DNA from: Callorhinchus milii
Taxonomy: Eukaryota
Reading direction: 5' to 3'
Length of the DNA stretch: 28,148 nucleotides
NCBI RefSeq assembly: GCF_018977255.1
Contig: NW_024704985.1
Location: 62,001 to 90,148, forward strand
Position 1 is the first letter of the stretch; each line of letters starts with the position of its first letter. The translations under genes were made by a program, and so were the position numbers. This document shows, one piece after another, positions 1 to 12,979 of the stretch. Below the pieces are notes generated by a model. The model did no database searches. It saw only the letters and a program-made list of their open reading frames with translations, and had not been told where the DNA came from.

Positions 1-899
1 CTCTGATCCTATCCTTGATTTTTAAACACAGTTGACACAATCACTATTGGGCAGCCTCCTCCCTCAAATTTTGTAACAAGGATATTAGTAAAATGGAAGC
101 CACGGTAGAATTGTTTTGCCCGCTATATATGCTTGTTGGCATTTTCACCTCTGTCGAGCACAAAATATTTAATACAATAAAATGCATCCTCATCCAGCTA
201 TTGACTATCCAGTCATAACTCCACCATTCAACAACCCCCACCCCAAGACCGCTCCGCGCACACACACACACACATATCAACCCTCTAGTGCATATACAAT
301 TCACATACTCCATTCAACAAGCGAACCCCCTGCTTCCAACAAGTGTCAGGTCTTCTTCATAACTTCTACCCTCGGTTGCTGAAAACACTTCAAATATTGT
401 CTCAAACTTGACCCACAAACTCTATTTAATCTTCAACAATATTTTCCAATAGATTATCTGTAAGAGACCTTTATAATCTTACAAGCTCGTTCACCATAAA
501 TACTGTGAATTACTTTCAACCCAGTCTTCTCATCACAGCCTGCGCTCACTTCACTGGGATCCCGGCATTTGTGGAACTTGATTCCTTACCACTTAAATTA
601 CCTCCATTGTCACCTCTACCTCACTCCTATCTATTTTTATTGAAATTGGTCTTGCGTGACAAATGAGCAAAGGAACTGCTGCAAACAGTGAACAAGAACA
701 AATGTTAGTCTCGATCAAAGAAAACTGTTCAAGAATTCCATGTCCTTTTGTGAGACCATGCTGGGTGTAAATTGGCTAACAAAGAATTTCACAAACATTA
801 CTGTATACTTGTTGTGATGGCTGGATGAGGCGATAAGACACCGTATCATATGAAAGGATTATAATTTTTTAAATCTTTGCTGAAAGGAATGGAATTGCA

Positions 900-1390
900 G
901 ATTAATTTGGATATCAACACGCATGACTTCACCAAGTTGGGAAGACAGATAAACAAAATTGTAAAGAAAACAATTGTTATAGCAGATCTTTAAAATTAGG
1001 TTTAAAAGATGGATTTCAAGCAGGTAGTTCACATCCTCTGTAAATCTTATTTAGCTTGCAGTAAGGATACTGCTTCCAATTTGGTCATGGTATGATTGGA
1101 ATGAAATAATCAAAACGATAATCAGAGGTTGCAAAGAAGATTTGTTGGGCTCATAACAGAATATCAACTGAAGAAATTTAGCAATCTGCGGAGCTCAGGA
1201 CAATACTTTACAAGCAAAGAGCAGTTGGGTATGGAATGCTCCGCTGTACGTGTTGACGCAGAATCGACAATAGCTTTAAGAAGGCAATAGGTAAATAAAC
1301 TAGAGCAAAATGTAGTAATCCGAAATTGTCTTGTTTGCTCCCAGAGATCTGTGAATCAAGGTGCAAGTTGCGTTACGACCTGTTTCTGGA
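900..1390 (+). mobile_element. Ancient, heavily decayed CR1 LINE ORF2 3' fragment
   Basis: Decayed matches to CR1 C-terminal motifs: ctctgtaaatct (LYKS), gatactgcttccaatttggtca (EYCVQFWS-like), ttgcaaagaagattt (LQRRF), gtatggaatgct (VWNA), agctttaagaagg (FKR-like). Boundaries approximate. Confidence 0.5.
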
Positions 1391-2562
1391 AACCTAATCC
1401 CTCACGGGATTTACTGCAAAGTAAAGTGGCTCTGTTTCATAGGCGAATAAGTCACCAAATTTTCACAAAATATCCCAAGAACAATTAATGGAATGATAAA
1501 TTTTGACTTCGACATTGATGGCCAGATGTGGTGATCCACATTTAACTTTTTTTGGAAAGGAGGAAATTTCCGAAAATCCAATGCATCTATTGTGCCACAT
1601 GTTTTGCCAGACTCAATATAGAGAGGGGATTTCCAACCCACAGCCTTGTGAATCGGAGGCGTTGCTATCAATTGAGGCAGGCTGACCCACAGACAAAATG
1701 TAAATCGATGTTCTTAAAGATAAAACAATTTTGGACACTTTGTAACTATGTGAATTCTGGAGGCTGAGTATTCCAGCTATGTTTATTGCACAATAAATCA
1801 CAGTCTATGAACCGGCAGAGAACAGATGCTGTCCTTCATGAATCCGTGATCAATCTTCCATCTTCCAGTGTCTTACTTTCACATATTTCTTTCATGAGAA
1901 CATTATCGCATTAGCAGACTGATTCGTATTACTTTAATTGCGACAAGTTACTCTTATCTAATGACAACGTGTTAAGGACCTATTAGAATAAAATTTTACA
2001 TTAACATTTCGGTATTAATATCAATTTTACATTGACTAACAATGATCTTTCTTCGTCCGAATATGTGCAAGCGCTGTGTAGCTTTCTCTTGTAAAGAATG
2101 CAGTCGTATGCAAATGAGACTTTAACAAGACACTTTACCTTCTCACTCTCATGACAGCTGTTCCAACAATGTAACACTCCCACTCTATTTCAGTCTCTTT
2201 TCAAGTTTCAGGTCACTATTCCAATATTTGTCTTGAATAATGCTCACAATAGACGCGTTTTAATAGCAACGAGGAAATCTTCGTTGAGCAATATTATTGC
2301 TTGAGTTGGATAAGTTTCATGCATGTTAAAAAAAATAATTTCGTTACCTGTTTTGCACAACTTATCTGAATGATTTTTTTTATCAACCACTTGTAACATC
2401 CATGCGAAAATCCGTCGCCGTACCTGCAATATCTGACGTGCTACCCCGTCAGAAGGGAATATAAATCAAATTATTAAAGCTAAGTACATATCCAAACGAC
2501 GTCCACACATCCCCAACACTTTCAAATATAAATCACACTTGGTTGGAATTGAAGGCTCACTA

Positions 2563-2888
2563 ATAATAATAATAATAATAATCCTTGCATTTGATATAGC
2601 GCTTTTCACGTCGGGAGGACGTCCCAAAGCGCTTCACAGAACATACTGCAAAGTGAATTGACTGTATATTTGTGGGCGAACGCGGCAGCCAATTGCGCAC
2701 AGCAATGTCCCACAAACAGTCGTAGATTGAAAATGACCAATTTATTATTGCTTTGGGTTTTGGAGGGATTATTATTAGGCTCTGTGTGGAGTAAGGAAAC
2801 TTGCCCAAGGTTTCGCCCTCTGCCTGGAATTGAACTCAGGTCTCTCGCTTGCAAAGCGAGTGCTCTAACCACTGAGCTACAGGACTCC
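2563..2888 (-). mobile_element. Young full-length tRNA-derived SINE with L2-type 3' tail
   Basis: Minus strand starts GGAGTCCTGTAGCTCAGTGGTTAGAGCACTCGCTTTGCAAGCGAGAGACCTGAGTTCAATTCC: A box, anticodon arm CTCGC-TTTGCAA-GCGAG (TGC, Ala-like), B box. Ends in (ATT)n. About 95% identical by eye to the copy at 26714-27034. Confidence 0.92.
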
Positions 2889-3189
2889 ACTATTTCCCTG
2901 GGTTCTTTTTTGCAAAATATTCAAACCACGCTGAGCAATTTAATTGTGGAAACCACTCTGTGCCAGTAAAAGAAGGAAAATTCTCTGCATTTAACTTTTC
3001 ATCGAATGCCAGCAGATGTTTAATCTCCATCACGGGAGGTAGTCTGACCGCCAGCTTCACATTGTAAAGAAAACAACGCTAAAATTGCAGCGAATCCACT
3101 CGGTCTGCATTCGAGTTTTAGTTTCCATTGTGAGACCAGTTTCTCACATAATGCACGTAACTACAGCTCTCTGATTCACAGGGATAAGA

Positions 3190-3290
3190 ATCAGAGAAAA
3201 AAAAAGTGAGAGAGTGCGTGGGAAAGAGAGAGTGAGAGAGAAATAGAGAATGTGCGTGCGAGAGAGAGAGAGTGCGCGAGAGAGAGAGCG
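3190..3290. repeat. Imperfect (GA)n microsatellite
   Basis: Interrupted gagagagaga runs are visible. Confidence 0.75.
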
Positions 3291-4332
3291 CTACTAACAA
3301 TTGGCTGAGCACTTTACTGCATATTGAAGTAAGTAATGACGTGGATAAATTACTTGCCAGGAACTCCAACAGCAGCGAGAATCGGGTAGTAAATGTACTG
3401 AATCTTGTGAATTAGCGGAGCTGTCATCTTCACTGAGAAAGAACGATACCTCTTCTCGTTAAAGGCAGTATCTCGCACTGACACGATGAAATCGAGTTCG
3501 TCAGCTAGAGTTTTATTTTAATCGAAAAGGAACTCTTTAATTACCACGTGATCAACGAAACGTTGCGTCAGTTAATATCCGAAAAACAACAAGATTACAT
3601 ATGTATAAAAATGAAATCAACAAGTATATCATTTAAAAAATGGCAATCACCCCATGTATGTAATTGAAGGCACAGTGATTCCCTGAAGGCACGCACCCTG
3701 AACAGTTAGTGCCGGAGAGTATGAAGCACAGGTTTACAAGTAGCAAGAGAGTAGGTGCTCAGGTTCACTCAGGTACATTTGGACATTAATTAGATTACCC
3801 TGAAACGATTGCCACAGAAATTTACACTCTATAAAATAGCAAAATAAATTTCATACATTATTACGGCGAAATGAAAAATATTTCTCAGCGAAATTATGCT
3901 GCAGTGATTGCCTTACATAAGCGTTAATTTATTTCGCAGTCAATCATGGAAAGCAGTTGGAGAACTTCTAACGTGAAAAGGCACTTTACCAAATTCCAGC
4001 ATTAATTTTGTTAGAGCAAAATAATTTGCTGGGCGGAAGAGTCTCAATCTCTGTCAAGTTCATCTTCCACCAACTTGGCATGCCGTGTCCCAAACTATAC
4101 AATGTATCCTAAGATATTAATTTCCAGCAGAAATCTATCTATTTGTCATGGAAATGACATTTCCTGATTCTACTGCCCACCATGGAAGCCTGTTCCATCA
4201 GTTTACTGCACGCACAGAAGTCGATTTTTACAGATTATTCAGAAACCCTCCACCATCTTCAGACGGCTGCTGTTTCCACTTTATTCTATTTATTTATTAA
4301 ACAAATTGTGGTTTCAAACGCAACACAAAAAC

Positions 4333-4698
4333 ATGTGGCAGTGGGCTTGGCGGTAACACCCTTGCAGCTGAATCAGAAGGTTGTGGGTTCAAGCTCCAGG
4401 TCAAGAGATGGAATCGCACTCTCAGTTGCAGCCCTCAGCGTTTTGCATTGTGGGACGTGTTGCACTTTGGATGAGGTGTTAAACTCGGGTCCGGTCTTCG
4501 TGTTCACCTACACTGTAAAAAACATAGGGGAGTTTCTCCAAATATCGTCGCCAATAATCTCCCAAATAATATTTGTTATTCACTCCATGTTTGTGCACAA
4601 ACTGACTTCTTCAACCAAATACGTTTACTGCGCCGTAAAGTATAATTTTTGAGGAACTATGTAATAAGGCGCTATATCAAACACAAGAATTATTATTA
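4333..4698 (+). mobile_element. Old DeuSINE-type element (SacSINE1/AmnSINE1-like)
   Basis: tRNA-like head (ctgaatcagaaggttgtgggttcaagctcc), Deu-domain-like core (ctttggatgaggtgttaaactcgggtccggtct ... aggggagtttctcc ... gccaata) and tail aaggcgctatatcaaacacaagaattattatta. Family assignment from memory. Confidence 0.65.
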
Positions 4699-4705
4699 AA
4701 GGAAC

Positions 4706-5100
4706 GTAAGAGCATAACAAATCGCTCGACGGAAGAACACCAAGGTCCAGCTAGTTTGCCATCCTGGAAGACTCTTCATCTAATTTATTCTTAAAACAAA
4801 CAACATTTTCTGTTTCTACTGCGTCTCTAGGGAGCCTGCTCCTTATGTTTACTACTCACTCAGTTTGTTGTGTTCCCATTGATTTGTTCTGAATTTACTC
4901 CCTGTAAGCTGCATGTCTTGTTCACTGGTTCTGCTGTTCAGCAAAACATTAAAGAGCTTGTCAAGGTATACATCATCCATTCCCTTCAGAAAGTCTACGA
5001 CCGTAATAATAACTCCGCTCAAACTTCTCCAGTCCAGTGTACAAATTTTCGGTCTTTCTGATCATTCCTCGATGGCCAATGCCTCTGACTCCAGCTCATA
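4706..5100 (-). mobile_element. Decayed CR1 LINE 3' end
   Basis: Reverse complement resembles the CR1 ORF2 C-terminus and 3'UTR (taagagcataa terminus, catctaatttattctta, cccttcagaaag...aaacttctc). Confidence 0.55.
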
Positions 5101-6123
5101 TTATTTGTTATTTACCTTTATGCTATCTGTGGTATTAATTATATTATTATTTCCTTGAAATTTGTTACAACAATAACGTTTTGCATTTACACCGCACCCA
5201 GCACAATGAGAAGTGTGATTTAGCAGTTAACAATGCATGAGCTTGAGGTTGACTCATGTAGTCAGGCAAGTCATCGGATGTACGGTCACAAGAAGTTCAG
5301 GTAGGAATAGAAGATGGGCAAAAATATGGAAATGGAGAGAGACAAAAAAGGAATTGCCTCACTATGAGCACCAATTGCCTGAAACCATGGAAGATAATGG
5401 GAAGGTGATGACGGCATAAGATTAGGCAGGAGCTGGCTGATGTGCGGCACATAGGTGGAATGTGTGCAGACTTGAAAAGAAGAAAGACAACAATAACGTG
5501 CATTAGTAGCACATTTCTCAATGGCTATGTTTTGGGAGAACTCCACAGGAACAATGTTTTGACAATTAACAAAGGAGTAGAGAAGAGGAAGCAGAGGTAG
5601 AACTGCAAGCGAGGCTGAAAAGCTTTTGGGGTGATCGGGGTAGCTGACATATACTGGAAATCATCACAATGCTTAAGACTCTCTTAACCAACCTGACATT
5701 TCCAGTAAAGGGTTTGTCATTCCAAATCCTACCAATGAACCAGACGATGCATTCAGAAGCGATCTCCAGGAGTAGCGTAGAGCTCCCTAACTCAGCAATG
5801 AGATGAGTTGGATCATGTTGGAGGAATGGCTTGTGTCTGACATTGTGTTTCCTAATATGTCAACTCGGAATTAGTTCAGCTGGAAAAATACCACATGTAT
5901 CAACTCATTCAATGAGGAGTGTCACTAACTGGGCATTTGACTTCCGATAGTTGTAGTTTTGAGCATTGACGAGAAAAACAGCATGTAATAAATGTATTAA
6001 CGAACACTTGTTGTCTTCGTGCAGTCGTTCATTAAAACCAACTTCATATCATAAATTGCAAGACACTTTCCATATGCATGTTGGTTGGGAATGCAATTTT
6101 TGAAAGTCAGAGATATGAAAGCT

Positions 6124-6502
6124 AATCCTTGAATTTAATAGCATGGCTTACCACACTATTGAGACGTCTCAGAGCGCTTTACTTAATATACTCTGAAGCT
6201 AATTGACCGCATACTTAATGGGCGAAACGTAACTGGCAATTGAGTAAAGTAGCGTCACACAAACAGTCGTGAATTGAGTGACCAAATAGTTTTTTGTTCT
6301 AATTTTTTCAGGGAATATTGCCTCCGGAAACGTTATCTGACAATCATCTAACAAACTGATTTCTACTTACTGCTGGTTAAACGCAGGCGTGTGGATTAAA
6401 CAAATGCAAGGAAACTTGGCTAGATGTTCTCCTTGTCCCAGAATCAAACCCAGATCGTTTCCATTGAAAGCGATTGCAATAACCACTAACCTACCGGAAT
6501 CC
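6124..6502 (-). mobile_element. Older diverged copy of the tRNA-derived SINE
   Basis: gagacgtctcagagcgcttt, ggcgaaacg, cacaaacagtcgtg, aaggaaacttgg and aaccactaacctaccggaatcc are colinear with the 2563-2888 copy. Confidence 0.75.
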
Positions 6503-7439
6503 ATTGCATTCAGTTATTTAAAATAAATGTTAAAATTCAGACAGGATTACAGTTGTGCTTTTACAGCTAAGGCACTATTTACAAATTCCTGCTCAACCAA
6601 CGAAGACTGATGGGTGACCATCTGATTTTTGTTTTTTCGATTGGAACAAACCTGATATTTAATTCAAATATTCCATATTTGACATTTTTTACAGCAAGAT
6701 ATTTTATAGGCACGAACCTTGCAATGGTTACTAACTGTTACACAGAACACAATTAAAAGATTACAATCTCCAAGTAATATGAACCCCTTCCCAAACAGGA
6801 TCATCTACTTCAGAGCTTCAATCTACGCCAGAATCACGTTCAAACAATCGGGATCATCAACAATAAGCTAAGTCTATGTCATGCGAATCAAAAGAACAAC
6901 TGAATGTAAAACGGTAGCTGAACTCTGCTACAGAGTGTATAATTATGGTTTAGGAAATCTAGTCACATAACATATCGACAGTAAAGGTGAGCACGGCATG
7001 CTGCTACTGCTCTTGCTTTGAGCAACACAACCATGCAAATAAAATTGAGGATGGCGCAGAATTCTTGAACTAGAATTAAAAATTGCCTTTGTTTCAGCAA
7101 CTTTCACTTTTGGAAAGCGTCGAAAAATATGAAGCGTTATGCGTTTGCACAGAAAATCGGAGGTGGAAGAGGAAGAATTCGGAAGAAATGAACGAGTATA
7201 GCGGGGAGGATGACTGAAGGCCTGGCTACAGAGGGCATTCTACAGATGGACAATGAATGCAGAGATGGAAGAGGCGAGGCAATGGAAACAGAGACAGGAG
7301 ATCCAAAGAGAGGGGACATGTAGGTTGAAAGAAAGCCTATCGATTATGTGTTGGGCAATGCCATGACGTGAGGCAAGCCGGCAGCTGGTGATAAGAGGGA
7401 AAGAGCAGGAAAATTATAATTTTTTTAATTTTGACATAA

Positions 7440-8075
7440 ATCCTCTTTCACGCATTCATCATATCTCGGTTGAATACATCAACTCCCTGTTTTTTGGCTT
7501 CCTAACTCTTTCCTCCACAAGAAAGTTTCAGCTATAGCGATACTGTGGAGGAAACAGTTGAGAGGGCCAAGAAATCTGCATATTGTGCCATCTCCCGAAG
7601 AGGCTCCGTGTCCCCATCAATCTCACCCTCGGCTCCATTGGCACACCGTTCCTAAGAGCATACAATTCAAAATGCTCGCCATCGCTTTCAAGACCCTCCG
7701 CGGCCTTGCCAATTGGTACGTCAGTGACGTGCTAACCTGTCCGCTTTCTCGGCTCAGCAGACTCTCGCCTGCTATTTGTCTTCGGCGTGGCCTGATCCAA
7801 CATCGGAATTCGGCCAGTATCCTCTCCGTTTAGTAACCATCCCACATTTGCTTTGCCATACAACCATGATTGCCTCCTTCAATGCACGATTCCATCATGT
7901 CGTTTTCGACCAACCTCCTATCGGCCAGCCTCCTACCCTACTTTACCTCCACCCTCCCATAACCCAACAGCAACCGCCCACTCCATCCCGCTCGGGTCCA
8001 AATTCCTGACCGTCCAGAGCATTAGGACGCTTCCTCGTGTGAAAGTCGCTGGACACATGTTATTTTGTATTGTAT
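7440..8075 (+). mobile_element. Decayed L2 LINE 3' fragment
   Basis: Translation RLHWHTVPKSIQFKMLAIAFKTLRGLA matches the L2 ORF2 C-terminus (LHWLP..RI.FK.....KAL.GLAP). Tail ggacgcttcctcgtgtgaaagtcgct matches the other L2 ends in the window. Confidence 0.75.
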
Positions 8076-8199
8076 TGGAAATCCAGTATCCCAGTCCAGC
8101 AGTCGCAAATAAAACTGCTCTGTCGTCACCTCAATTACACTTTTCTTCTACTCTAAGTTGTCATGGAAGCTAAGATATTCCCAGATTCTTCTTCCATAT

Positions 8200-9080
8200 A
8201 AACAACCACCTACGTCACCCGTCATTCTTTTTCTTAAAATATCTCTCCATCAATAACAGTTGCAATGTGATGACATGTTTTCTCGGATTGAAAATCGATA
8301 GGTACACCTCTGCTCTATTTGCGAGTGGCACAATCATCGCTGCCCTTTGCAAACTGCACCTAACTCTTCCTAAACGTCATCAAAGAATTTCTCCTTCATC
8401 TCGCTCCGTCCATTGCTAATGCTCCCACTTCCTTCAAAAACTGTCATCACGACATTCTTAAAATAAAATTCAACTCTTGAATTAACGATGATCTCAAAAT
8501 AACATTCATTCGCCAATTAGCCTCTCCTTTCAAAGGTACTGGAACACATTTTTGCTTCTGCTTCCTGGCTGGATTTCCGTACGTGAAACTTTCCAATCCT
8601 ATTTCCAAACTGCCGACAGTATCTCATTAAATTCAGGAGTAACAAATCTCTCTGTTAGTGACAAATTATCTCTCTGCCTCCTTGTTCTAATCGTTCTCTC
8701 TGCTCTCGAAATTGTCGAACTGATTCCCGTCAACTCACCACTCAGTTCCACCTTATTAGCTCTGCACCATCACTTTCACTGTTACCTAACCCATCGTATC
8801 CATGTTTTCCTGAATGAAGCCTTCACTTTGCAGCCCTACATCAACTTAAGTAACGCTCTGAATCTTGTTGCTCTCTTCTTCGGTATCAACATGGTCAATA
8901 TAAATCAGCAATGATTGATATTTCCTACAGAACTCGGGTTACCTTCCACATGTATGTGACTGACGCCCAACCCTGTCTCCGCATCCACCATCGACTGACC
9001 GCTGCTGTTCTGAATCGTCAGACATCTAGCGCCGCATGAGCTCCAAATTTCTTCAGATCAACAAAAACAAGACGCAAACG
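8200..9080 (+). mobile_element. Ancient L2 reverse-transcriptase fragment
   Basis: VTNLSVSDKLSLCLLVLIVLSALEIV resembles L2 RT VTND.L...D.G.LSLLVLLDLSAAFDTV; gactgacgcccaa is a YADDTQ-like remnant; ttcttcagatcaacaaaaacaagacg is FLQLN..KT-like. Confidence 0.6.
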
Positions 9081-10369
9081 TGGCCTGACAGTGTTGTGAA
9101 GCGCTTTGAGCCATCTTCACAAATTGAAAAATATTATATTATTATCTTTTTTAATTTTTTTTAGAATACTTAGGAATCTACCTTTCAAATCATCAAAGAA
9201 AACGGTTGCTTCTTCAATATAAATTTATATTAATATAGCGCCAATATACCCTTGCTCCTAATTCTTATGTTCTTATGTCTCGAAAGGAAAGGCAAATTTC
9301 TCGCGTTTTCCCCGCTAAAATTCTCTGTGCCAATATTGGTTCGTTAGTTTACGGCTATTTCGGGACTAATCAGCTGCCAAGTTTGAACAAAGTACTGTCC
9401 TTGCTTTAAAATTCTGTTTTACTCTTTGGGATGCCAGGTGACGCTATATCAAAACAAGGACGTTCCTACTTAATTCATCAACTGCTACTGGTATCGGACT
9501 GTCAGGATAATACAGCACTGCTTAAAGTGTACTTTCGAAACGGGAAACTTGCCAGTTAAATCAAAACGCTTCATTCGAATCTATCTGATTAATGTGATAA
9601 TTAAGTTCCTAAATAATAATGCAGTTACTAATCAAGCATAAATAGTAAATGATAATACAATTCATGTTTTCCACACAGCACAAGCTCATATATGAAGATG
9701 TGGTAAAATGGCTCAACATATTATTCCACGCTTTAATATATAGAACTCCGTTTTATGCTATTGAACACAATCTTATTAGCGTGATCTGCTGCCTGTACCA
9801 AGATGAGCAATTAATGTATTCTAAATGAAGATGAAAATTCCAATATTTTTTGGACAGAATGTATTTACCTCAATATAAAACAAGCTATTACCCTTATCTC
9901 CCGTGGATAGTGTTCGACCTGCTCACTATGAATTTTAAACCCGTTTCTCCCATTCATTCTGATTTTGCTGCTCAATACCCTGACTGTCAGCCACATATTG
10001 GTGGCCAGCCGAGCCCGCAGAAAAGAAGGAGGGTTTCAAAAACATATTATTCCACAGGGGCTAGAGGTACATGGCTGTGGGACAAACTGGTGCGGTTTTG
10101 TTCATCGATTGAAGGCTTTGAGTTGACAATAAAGAAATTTACAACGAACAAGTGTTTCCTTGGTGTGCGATTGTCTTTGCGCCAATTATTCACTGAAATT
10201 GTGTATTTGTATAATATCCAACAACAAAAGCTTTTACTTACACGACGTTTGCCCCACGAAAGGGAGCTTGCCAGAGCGCGTGATATGAGTGTGTCAAAAT
10301 CAAACAGCTCATCGTACTTCTCTCGATAGTCAGCGTTTAATCTGTTTTTGTTGTTTCCACAAACGGCTT

Positions 10370-10823
10370 TTCCTCCAGCCCCCACACTGCCTCGTCATAA
10401 CAGATCCTCATCCTCGCATACAAGGCCATTCTCGGCCAAGCTCCTTCCTATCTCGCTGACCTACTTACCCCCAACTTACCTACCCGTAACCTCCGTTCCT
10501 CTGGCTGCGGTCTGCTCCACATCCCCCGACCCAACCGCACTACTATCGGTAGCCGGGCCTTCAGCCTCTCAGCCCCTAGGCTCTGGAACTCTATCCCCCA
10601 GTGCCTTCGCCGCCTACTCACTTTCCTCTTTCAAGGCCGGTATCAAGACCTTTCCTTTTGACCGTGCCTTCAGCTCCCCTCTCAACTCTCTACCCCCTCC
10701 TCGCCCCTTCACTCCACTCAACCTGACCATTTCCCCCTTGCTCGGGTCCCGACCCAACTGCACAGCGCCTTGGGACGTCCTCTCGACGTGAAAGGCGCTC
10801 TCTAAATGGAATCTTGTTGTTGT
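10370..10823 (+). mobile_element. L2 LINE 3' end
   Basis: Homologous to 18745-19330. Ends cagcgccttgggacgtcctctcgacgtgaaaggcgctctctaaatggaatc(ttg)n. Confidence 0.88.
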
Positions 10824-11995
10824 TGAGGGAACGGATGTGGGGGAGGAAGGATAATTGGGGTCGAACCTGACGCTAAGTTTGCGTTCGGGTTCGGAGAGTT
10901 TTAAGGGGAGGTCGGGTAGATTGAGATATTGAAAGCCGTGAAATTTCAGATGTTGACGAGAGCCAAAGAGTATCGCTTCCATCTTGTCAACGTTCAGCAG
11001 AAGGAAAGTTGACCTCATTCAGCCCCTGAGATCTGACACGTAGGCCGACAGAACAGCACCGTCCTGGGGGTCGCAAGCAGAGGTGGAAAGTTAGCGTTGA
11101 GTTTCATCTACATACATGTGGAAACGTACATGTCTGCGGATGACATCCCCAAGATGTAGCAGGTAGATCAGAAAGAGGAGGGGAAGAAGGATAGATCATT
11201 GCTTTACCACGCAGGTGACCGAGTGAGAGCGGAAGGTCAAGCCCTTTGCGAAGATGTGCTGCTGGCGCTCTATCAGGTAGGACTCGAACCGGCGAGTGCG
11301 ATCGCACTGAAGTGGATGAGGGACGAAAGGCGGAGAGGATTGCGTGGTCGACTTTGTTGAAAATGGTCAACGGAGAGGTCGAGGAGGACAAGGAGGCAGA
11401 GGGAGCCCTGGTCACAGATTGGGAGGTTGTCATTTGTGACTTTCACAAGCGCAGTCACTGTATTGTGGGCGGAAACCGTACTGTAGGTGGTCCAAGATCT
11501 AGTGGGAGGAGAGATTTGCGCGGAGTTGATTGGCAACAATGCGTTTTAGGACTTTTGAGAGGAAGGAAGTTTAGAAATGGGGCGGTAATGGCTGGGGTTT
11601 GAGGGATAGGTACGGAGTCATGGAGAGTGAGGGAGGAAGGTTGGGAGAGAAAGTTGGGGAAAGGGAGGGAGATGGAGAGAGGCTGAGAGAGTAGGTAGTG
11701 TAGGTAGTGAGTTAGAGGGTTGAAGGGAGAGACTGGGAAAGAGTGCCAGAGAGGAAGAGAAAGTGGGAGGGAGGGAGAGAAGTTTGGCGCGAGGGAGGCA
11801 GGGAGGGAGGGTAGTAGGGAGGAAGAAAGAGGGAGGGAGGGAAGGAGTGAGAGAGATGATTGTCAAGATGATCATAAAGTTGGGGGCAAGGAAAAAGTTT
11901 AGTGTGAGATAAAGTTTGGGGGCATAGTGGCGCAAGGCAGGACCACAGATAATGGAGCGGACAAGACCAGGGGGCAAACAGGAGGACAGAGCCAG
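10824..11995 (-). mobile_element. L2 LINE internal ORF2 (RT) fragment, frameshifted
   Basis: Minus-strand peptides SAHNTVTALVKVTNDNLPICDQGSLCLLVLLDLS, FNKVDHAIL and FLLLNVDKMEAILFG are typical of L2 RT. Confidence 0.88.
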
Positions 11996-12077
11996 CGACA
12001 GTACATTGAAATCGATCCGATACTTTGATAGGGAGTCAGTGGAACCTGGAGAGGCCTGGTGTGAAGGGGCAAGGAAC

Positions 12078-12630
12078 TTATTGTGTGATAATACTAATAT
12101 TAATACTAATACAACTACAAATTTTCATAATAATAATAATAACAATAATTATCCTCGTATTTCAAACAGCAGTTTTCACATCTCAAAGTGCTCTACAGAA
12201 TATAAGGAGTGGCGTGACACGGATATACATACCGACAGATATAGACACTCACACCTACAGACACAGATACCAACAAACGCACACAGATCCGCACAGACAA
12301 ATACAGGAGCACAGAACCCTACCGCTCAAACACTCAGACACAGACACAGGTGTTTATTGTGTGATAATAGTAATGCTAATATTAAAACTAATACTGCTTT
12401 TCATAATAATAATAATATTAATAATAATTGCAGTTTGATATAGCTCTTTCACATCTTCTAGACGTCTCAAAGCGCTTCACGGAATATACTGTAAAGTGAA
12501 TTGACTGCATATTTGTGGGCGAAGCGCGCCAGCCAATTGAGCACAGCAAATGTACCACAAACTGTCGTGGATTGACCTGCCAAATTATTATTTACAGGGA
12601 GTCATTGGAGCCTGGCGAAAGGCAGACTCA
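12078..12630. repeat. Local direct duplication including SINE 3' tail fragments
   Basis: ttattgtgtgataata...ttttcataataataataat occurs at ~12078 and ~12354, each followed by a minus-strand SINE tail. agggagtca(g/t)tgga(a/g)cctgg occurs at ~12030 and ~12596. Confidence 0.65.
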
Positions 12631-12979
12631 CAGATATATGTACACACACAGAGTCAGACTGACGCCTCAAAAAGCTGACAGAGAGAGACAAGAAACAGTC
12701 AGTCCTCCTTACTGTGTATCATAATGAGCACTGGAAACAAATCGACGATGTGATAAGGCAAACCCGAGGATTACTATAATTTGTATTTCTATTATTGTTT
12801 GAGCCGGAGGGACTGAGTCACAGGCCCAGACATGTAGAGAATAATAATTTGTTTGTTAAACCACCGGAAAGTAATTGCCAATTAATTAGCCACCGATTAG
12901 TGTTCTGTATATAGGTAAGTGTTCTTCCAAGTTGTGTAACGTGACAGCCCATTTGAGAGTGATCACTACTATCCTACAC

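Noticed and set aside
2348..2423. Minus-strand exon bounded by CAG and GTAACG
   Set aside because: Weak acceptor, no recognisable peptide and no partner exons.
2820..2888. tRNA-Ala(TGC) gene (also at 26966-27034)
   Set aside because: No acceptor-stem partner, and it continues into a SINE body and tail. It is a SINE head.
2558..2892. CACTA-superfamily DNA transposon suggested by flanking CACTA
   Set aside because: The motif is a direct repeat, not inverted termini, and the element is a SINE.
3671..3710. V(D)J recombination signal (CACAGTG heptamer)
   Set aside because: No nonamer at 12- or 23-bp spacing and no Ig or TCR segment nearby.
11620..11900. G-rich tract as a G-quadruplex regulatory element
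   Set aside because: Appears to be the complement of the pyrimidine-rich L2 body; no independent support.
10370..11995. Twin-priming inversion of a single L2
   Set aside because: The inverted part lies beyond the 3' tail rather than 5' of it; two separate events fit better.
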